Shown here piece after piece: positions 22,137-24,833 of a stretch of 24,833 nt of DNA; position 1 is the first letter of the stretch, and each line of letters begins with the position of its first letter. The notes beneath the pieces were generated by a model. That model saw only the letters and a list, made by a program, of their open reading frames with translations, did not search any database and had not been told where the DNA came from. The stretch comes from a virus (taxonomy: Duplodnaviria > Caudoviricetes). The stretch is taken from IMG/VR virus record IMGVR_UViG_3300048574_000181, positions 1-24,833 of that record; one strand, given 5' to 3'. Made by a program: the position numbers and the translations under genes.

Positions 22137-23819
22137 ATGACGACCAAACCGAGACTGACGCTTCAGGCCGACATGGCCATGGCGCTGGCGGATAATGCCA
22201 CGGGCAACATCACCGAGGCTGTGATGCGCGGGGTGGTTGGCGATCTGGCCGACAGTGCCGTGTTTCCGGAAGACATCGGCCCCGACTTGGCAAAGCTCGA
22301 CGGGATCGAGGACGGCGCTACCGGCGACATGACCGGCGCCGAGATCAAGGCCGCCTACGAGGCCGAGGCGAACACGAATGCCTATACCGACGCCGAGAAG
22401 ACCAAGCTCGCGGGGGTCGCGGCAGGAGCTCAAGTCAACCCCACCGATGCCGAGATGGTCGCGGCGCTCGACGCCTATCTGACCAACATGCGCTGGAGGG
22501 CCATCGAAGTTCCGGCCGGCGGCACGACCGGTCAGGTGTTGAAAAAGCAGTCGAACACCGATCATGACGTGGTCTGGGGCGACGACGCGACGGGTGGCGG
22601 CGGAGCTGGTGTTACCGACGGCGACAAGGGTGACATCACGGTCTCCGGATCGGGCGTCACCTGGACGATCGATAACGGTGTTGTCTCCCTGGCCAAGATG
22701 GCACCGGCTTCGGCCGGCTTCTCGATCATTGCCAAGCCCGATACGGGAGCAGGTCCATGGACGGAACTCGTCGCGGCCGACAACACTGTCCTGCGGAAAT
22801 CTACCGGCAACGTCTCCTTCGGCAAGATCATCAAGGAGCACTTCAACACCAACATCGTCGACAACACCATCCTGACCCAGGTGGCTACACAGACGATCAA
22901 GGGGCGCAGCACAGCTGGCACTGGCAACGTCCAGGACCTGACCGGAACACAGGTCACGGCGATGCTCGACGCCTTCACGACCTCGCAGAAGGGCCTCGCC
23001 CCCGCGTCTGGCGGTGGCACGACGAACTTCCTGCGCGCGGACGGCGCCTGGGCGGCGCCCCCGGGCGGAGGTGCGACCGGAACCACGTTCTACAACGGCA
23101 CTGGCGGCACGCTCGCCAAGGGCACACCGATCGCGCTCGGGGCCTTCAACGCGGGGTCGGGCAACCCCGGCATGATCGCGGCGGATGCCGACGGCACCGG
23201 CACGATGCCTTGTCTCGGCGTCCTTGGCGCGGCGGTGGCCGCGGGGGCGAGCGGTATCCCCGTCATCACCGGCGGCGAGATCACCGGGCTCGACACATCG
23301 GCCTGGACGCTCGGCGACAAGCTCTATGTCTCGACGGCCGGCGCGCTCACGAACGTGCGGCCGACGGCGGGCTTCATCCAGGCGGTCGCGGTCGTCTCCC
23401 GCGTCGATGCGGCGGCGGGCGAGATCATCGTGGCGCTGGAGGAGGCGGGCGAGCTTTACACCGAGGTCCTCGAACGGGCGATCTCCGACGAGGTCACGAA
23501 CCTCGGCACGGGCACAGCGAAGCTGACGTTCCGGATGCCCTTCGGGTTCAACCTCACCGGCATCCGCGCCTCGGTGAATACCGCCCCGGCAGGCTCCGCG
23601 ATCACCGTCGGCGTGAACCTGACAGGCACCGGCTCCATCCTCTCGACCGACCTCACCATCGACGACGGCGAGAAGACCTCGGTCACGGCGGCGGTTCCTG
23701 CCGTCATCTCCGTCGCCACGCTGGCCGATGACGCCGAGATCACCGTCGACATCGACACGGTCGGCTCCACGACGCCGGGCAAGGGCCTCAAGCTCCTCAT
23801 GCTCGGGTATCGCACATGA
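22137..23819 (+). CDS. Mosaic accessory fibre-like protein, 560 aa
   Basis: GAGGAG RBS; Gly/Thr/Ala-rich. Contains fibre-type segments AKLDGIE.GAT, TDAEKTKLAG, GGTTGQVLKK.SNTD.DV.W, DGDKGDITVS and NFLRADG.WAAP. Confidence 0.75.
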   Translation: MTTKPRLTLQADMAMALADNATGNITEAVMRGVVGDLADSAVFPEDIGPDLAKLDGIEDGATGDMTGAEIKAAYEAEANTNAYTDAEKTKLAGVAAGAQVNPTDAEMVAALDAYLTNMRWRAIEVPAGGTTGQVLKKQSNTDHDVVWGDDATGGGGAGVTDGDKGDITVSGSGVTWTIDNGVVSLAKMAPASAGFSIIAKPDTGAGPWTELVAADNTVLRKSTGNVSFGKIIKEHFNTNIVDNTILTQVATQTIKGRSTAGTGNVQDLTGTQVTAMLDAFTTSQKGLAPASGGGTTNFLRADGAWAAPPGGGATGTTFYNGTGGTLAKGTPIALGAFNAGSGNPGMIAADADGTGTMPCLGVLGAAVAAGASGIPVITGGEITGLDTSAWTLGDKLYVSTAGALTNVRPTAGFIQAVAVVSRVDAAAGEIIVALEEAGELYTEVLERAISDEVTNLGTGTAKLTFRMPFGFNLTGIRASVNTAPAGSAITVGVNLTGTGSILSTDLTIDDGEKTSVTAAVPAVISVATLADDAEITVDIDTVGSTTPGKGLKLLMLGYRT

Positions 23820-24544
23820 CGAACCTCCTGAACCCCTTCAGGATGGCGCCGCCGGCGGCCGCCGGCCTTGCCGGCTACGATGCACCGACGCCGTTCAAGA
23901 ACAGCACGACGCAGCAGACCTTCGGTGGCGCCGGCGTCTGGGACTATCCGGTGGTGGCGGGTGAGCTCGTTCTCGTCTCGATGCACGCCGAGGGCAACGC
24001 GACGATCGTCAACCCGACCAACTTCCTCTTGTCCCTCGGCGGCAGCGCCATGACGCGCATCACCGGGTCGGCCACCACGTCCTCAGGGGTGTTTCCAGGC
24101 TCGGCGCACTTCTGGATCATCGCGCCCTCGACCGCCACGCTGGCGCTCGCGGCGGACGTGGGCGTGTCGGCCCGCGCCTGCGCGCTCGTCGCGCGACGGA
24201 TCACCGGCTTCGATGCCGGAACGCCCATCGGCGCCGGCCTCGGCGCTCCGTCGAAACTCAACGCCGACGACGTGACCCTGACCGGGGCCGGCATCACGAC
24301 CGGGCGCGCCGGAAACGTGGTCATCGGGGACGCCTGCACGAAGGCCGGCACCGCCACGACCGCGAGTTCCACCGCTTTCGACGGCACGGCCTTCGATACG
24401 ACCGGCGCCACCACGATCAGCGACCTCGGCTTCGGTTTCGGCCACAAGCTCCTGCCCGCCCCGACCCTCATCACCCCCGACTGGACCTTCAACGTGAGCG
24501 GCCGTCTTTCCGGCTCCTTCGTCGAGATCAACGTGGCGCCCTGA
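23816..24544 (+). CDS. Hypothetical beta-rich protein (putative receptor-binding or fibre-associated), 242 aa
   Basis: ATGA coupling to the preceding gene. N-terminal LLNPFR, then a Thr/Gly/Ala-rich beta-like domain. Confidence 0.7.
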   Translation: MTNLLNPFRMAPPAAAGLAGYDAPTPFKNSTTQQTFGGAGVWDYPVVAGELVLVSMHAEGNATIVNPTNFLLSLGGSAMTRITGSATTSSGVFPGSAHFWIIAPSTATLALAADVGVSARACALVARRITGFDAGTPIGAGLGAPSKLNADDVTLTGAGITTGRAGNVVIGDACTKAGTATTASSTAFDGTAFDTTGATTISDLGFGFGHKLLPAPTLITPDWTFNVSGRLSGSFVEINVAP

Positions 24545-24546
24545 CC

Positions 24547-24833
24547 ATGAGCTATGTCACCGCATCTGGCCGCAAGCTCTACCTCGCCAAGGCGGGCCGC
24601 ACGGCCGCGCTGACGCGCAAGAACGGGCACAACTTCGGCGCCCCGCCGGCTCCTCCCGCCGGGGCGCTTGCCGTCACCGAATGGCCGCGTGACCGCTTCG
24701 CCTTCGACAGTGGCGCCTGGCGCGGCGAGAACAACGCCGACATTCCCGTTCGGATCACCGCGACGGCCGGCCAGGACATCGAGGCGCGGCTTGTCCCGAC
24801 CGACGGCGGTGTCGCCTCGGCCTGGACCGACGT
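24547..24833 (+). CDS. Partial ORF running off the right edge (probable further fibre/spike protein)
   Basis: ATG at 24547, 2 nt after the previous stop. Open to the end: MSYVTASGRKLYLAK...PPAPPAGAL...DRFAFDSGA...AWTD. Confidence 0.65.
   Translation, partial: MSYVTASGRKLYLAKAGRTAALTRKNGHNFGAPPAPPAGALAVTEWPRDRFAFDSGAWRGENNADIPVRITATAGQDIEARLVPTDGGVASAWTD

Larger units (their letters stand above)
1..24833 (+). mobile_element. Mu-like (transposable) prophage late region: Mu-type head module plus P2-type contractile tail (BcepMu-like organisation); both ends lie outside the window
   Basis: Continuous + strand operon in Mu head gene order (gp25-gp26-gp27-TerL-portal-F-I-T-gp36), followed by P2-like V-W-J-I-fibre-FI-FII-E-T-U-X-D. 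No transposase or att ends in the window, so transposability is inferred from the head module. Confidence 0.92.

Noticed and set aside
3447-22841. Long minus-strand ORFs (e.g. 3447-5024, 6541-7695, 15442-17718, 17654-20146, 21453-22841)
   Set aside because: Antisense shadows of well-supported + strand genes in high-GC DNA; no recognisable motifs.

Overview
The whole window is the late (lysis, head, tail) region of a high-GC transposable Mu-like prophage or phage. The host is probably an alphaproteobacterium (Rhodobacteraceae-like), which is an inference from protein style. All credible genes lie on the + strand, and most are translationally coupled. Gene order: lysis cassette (GH24 endolysin, Acb2/Tad1-like small protein, small exported protein, 3TM holin); Mu gp25/gp26/gp27-like genes; large terminase; portal; MuF; protease I with a nested scaffold; major capsid gpT; neck genes; a P2-type contractile tail (V, W, J, I, fibre, FI, FII, E/E', tape measure, U, X, D); then an extra fibre-like module running off the right edge. 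The most notable observations: (1) MuF has a low-GC, PBECR-like C-terminal extension, no immunity ORF, and a compact multi-stem, tRNA-sized RNA-like element directly after its stop codon; (2) an Acb2/Tad1-like candidate nucleotide sponge sits inside the lysis cassette; (3) a perfect CtrA-type box TTAA-N7-TTAAC lies in the F-I intergenic region; (4) a 25-bp dyad motif with a fixed-distance -10 element occurs at two late promoters, one apparently giving a leaderless mRNA; (5) two further structured intergenic RNA-like elements follow the capsid gene; (6) the tail chaperone has a -1 frameshift. All family calls come from motif recognition by eye; no searches were run.
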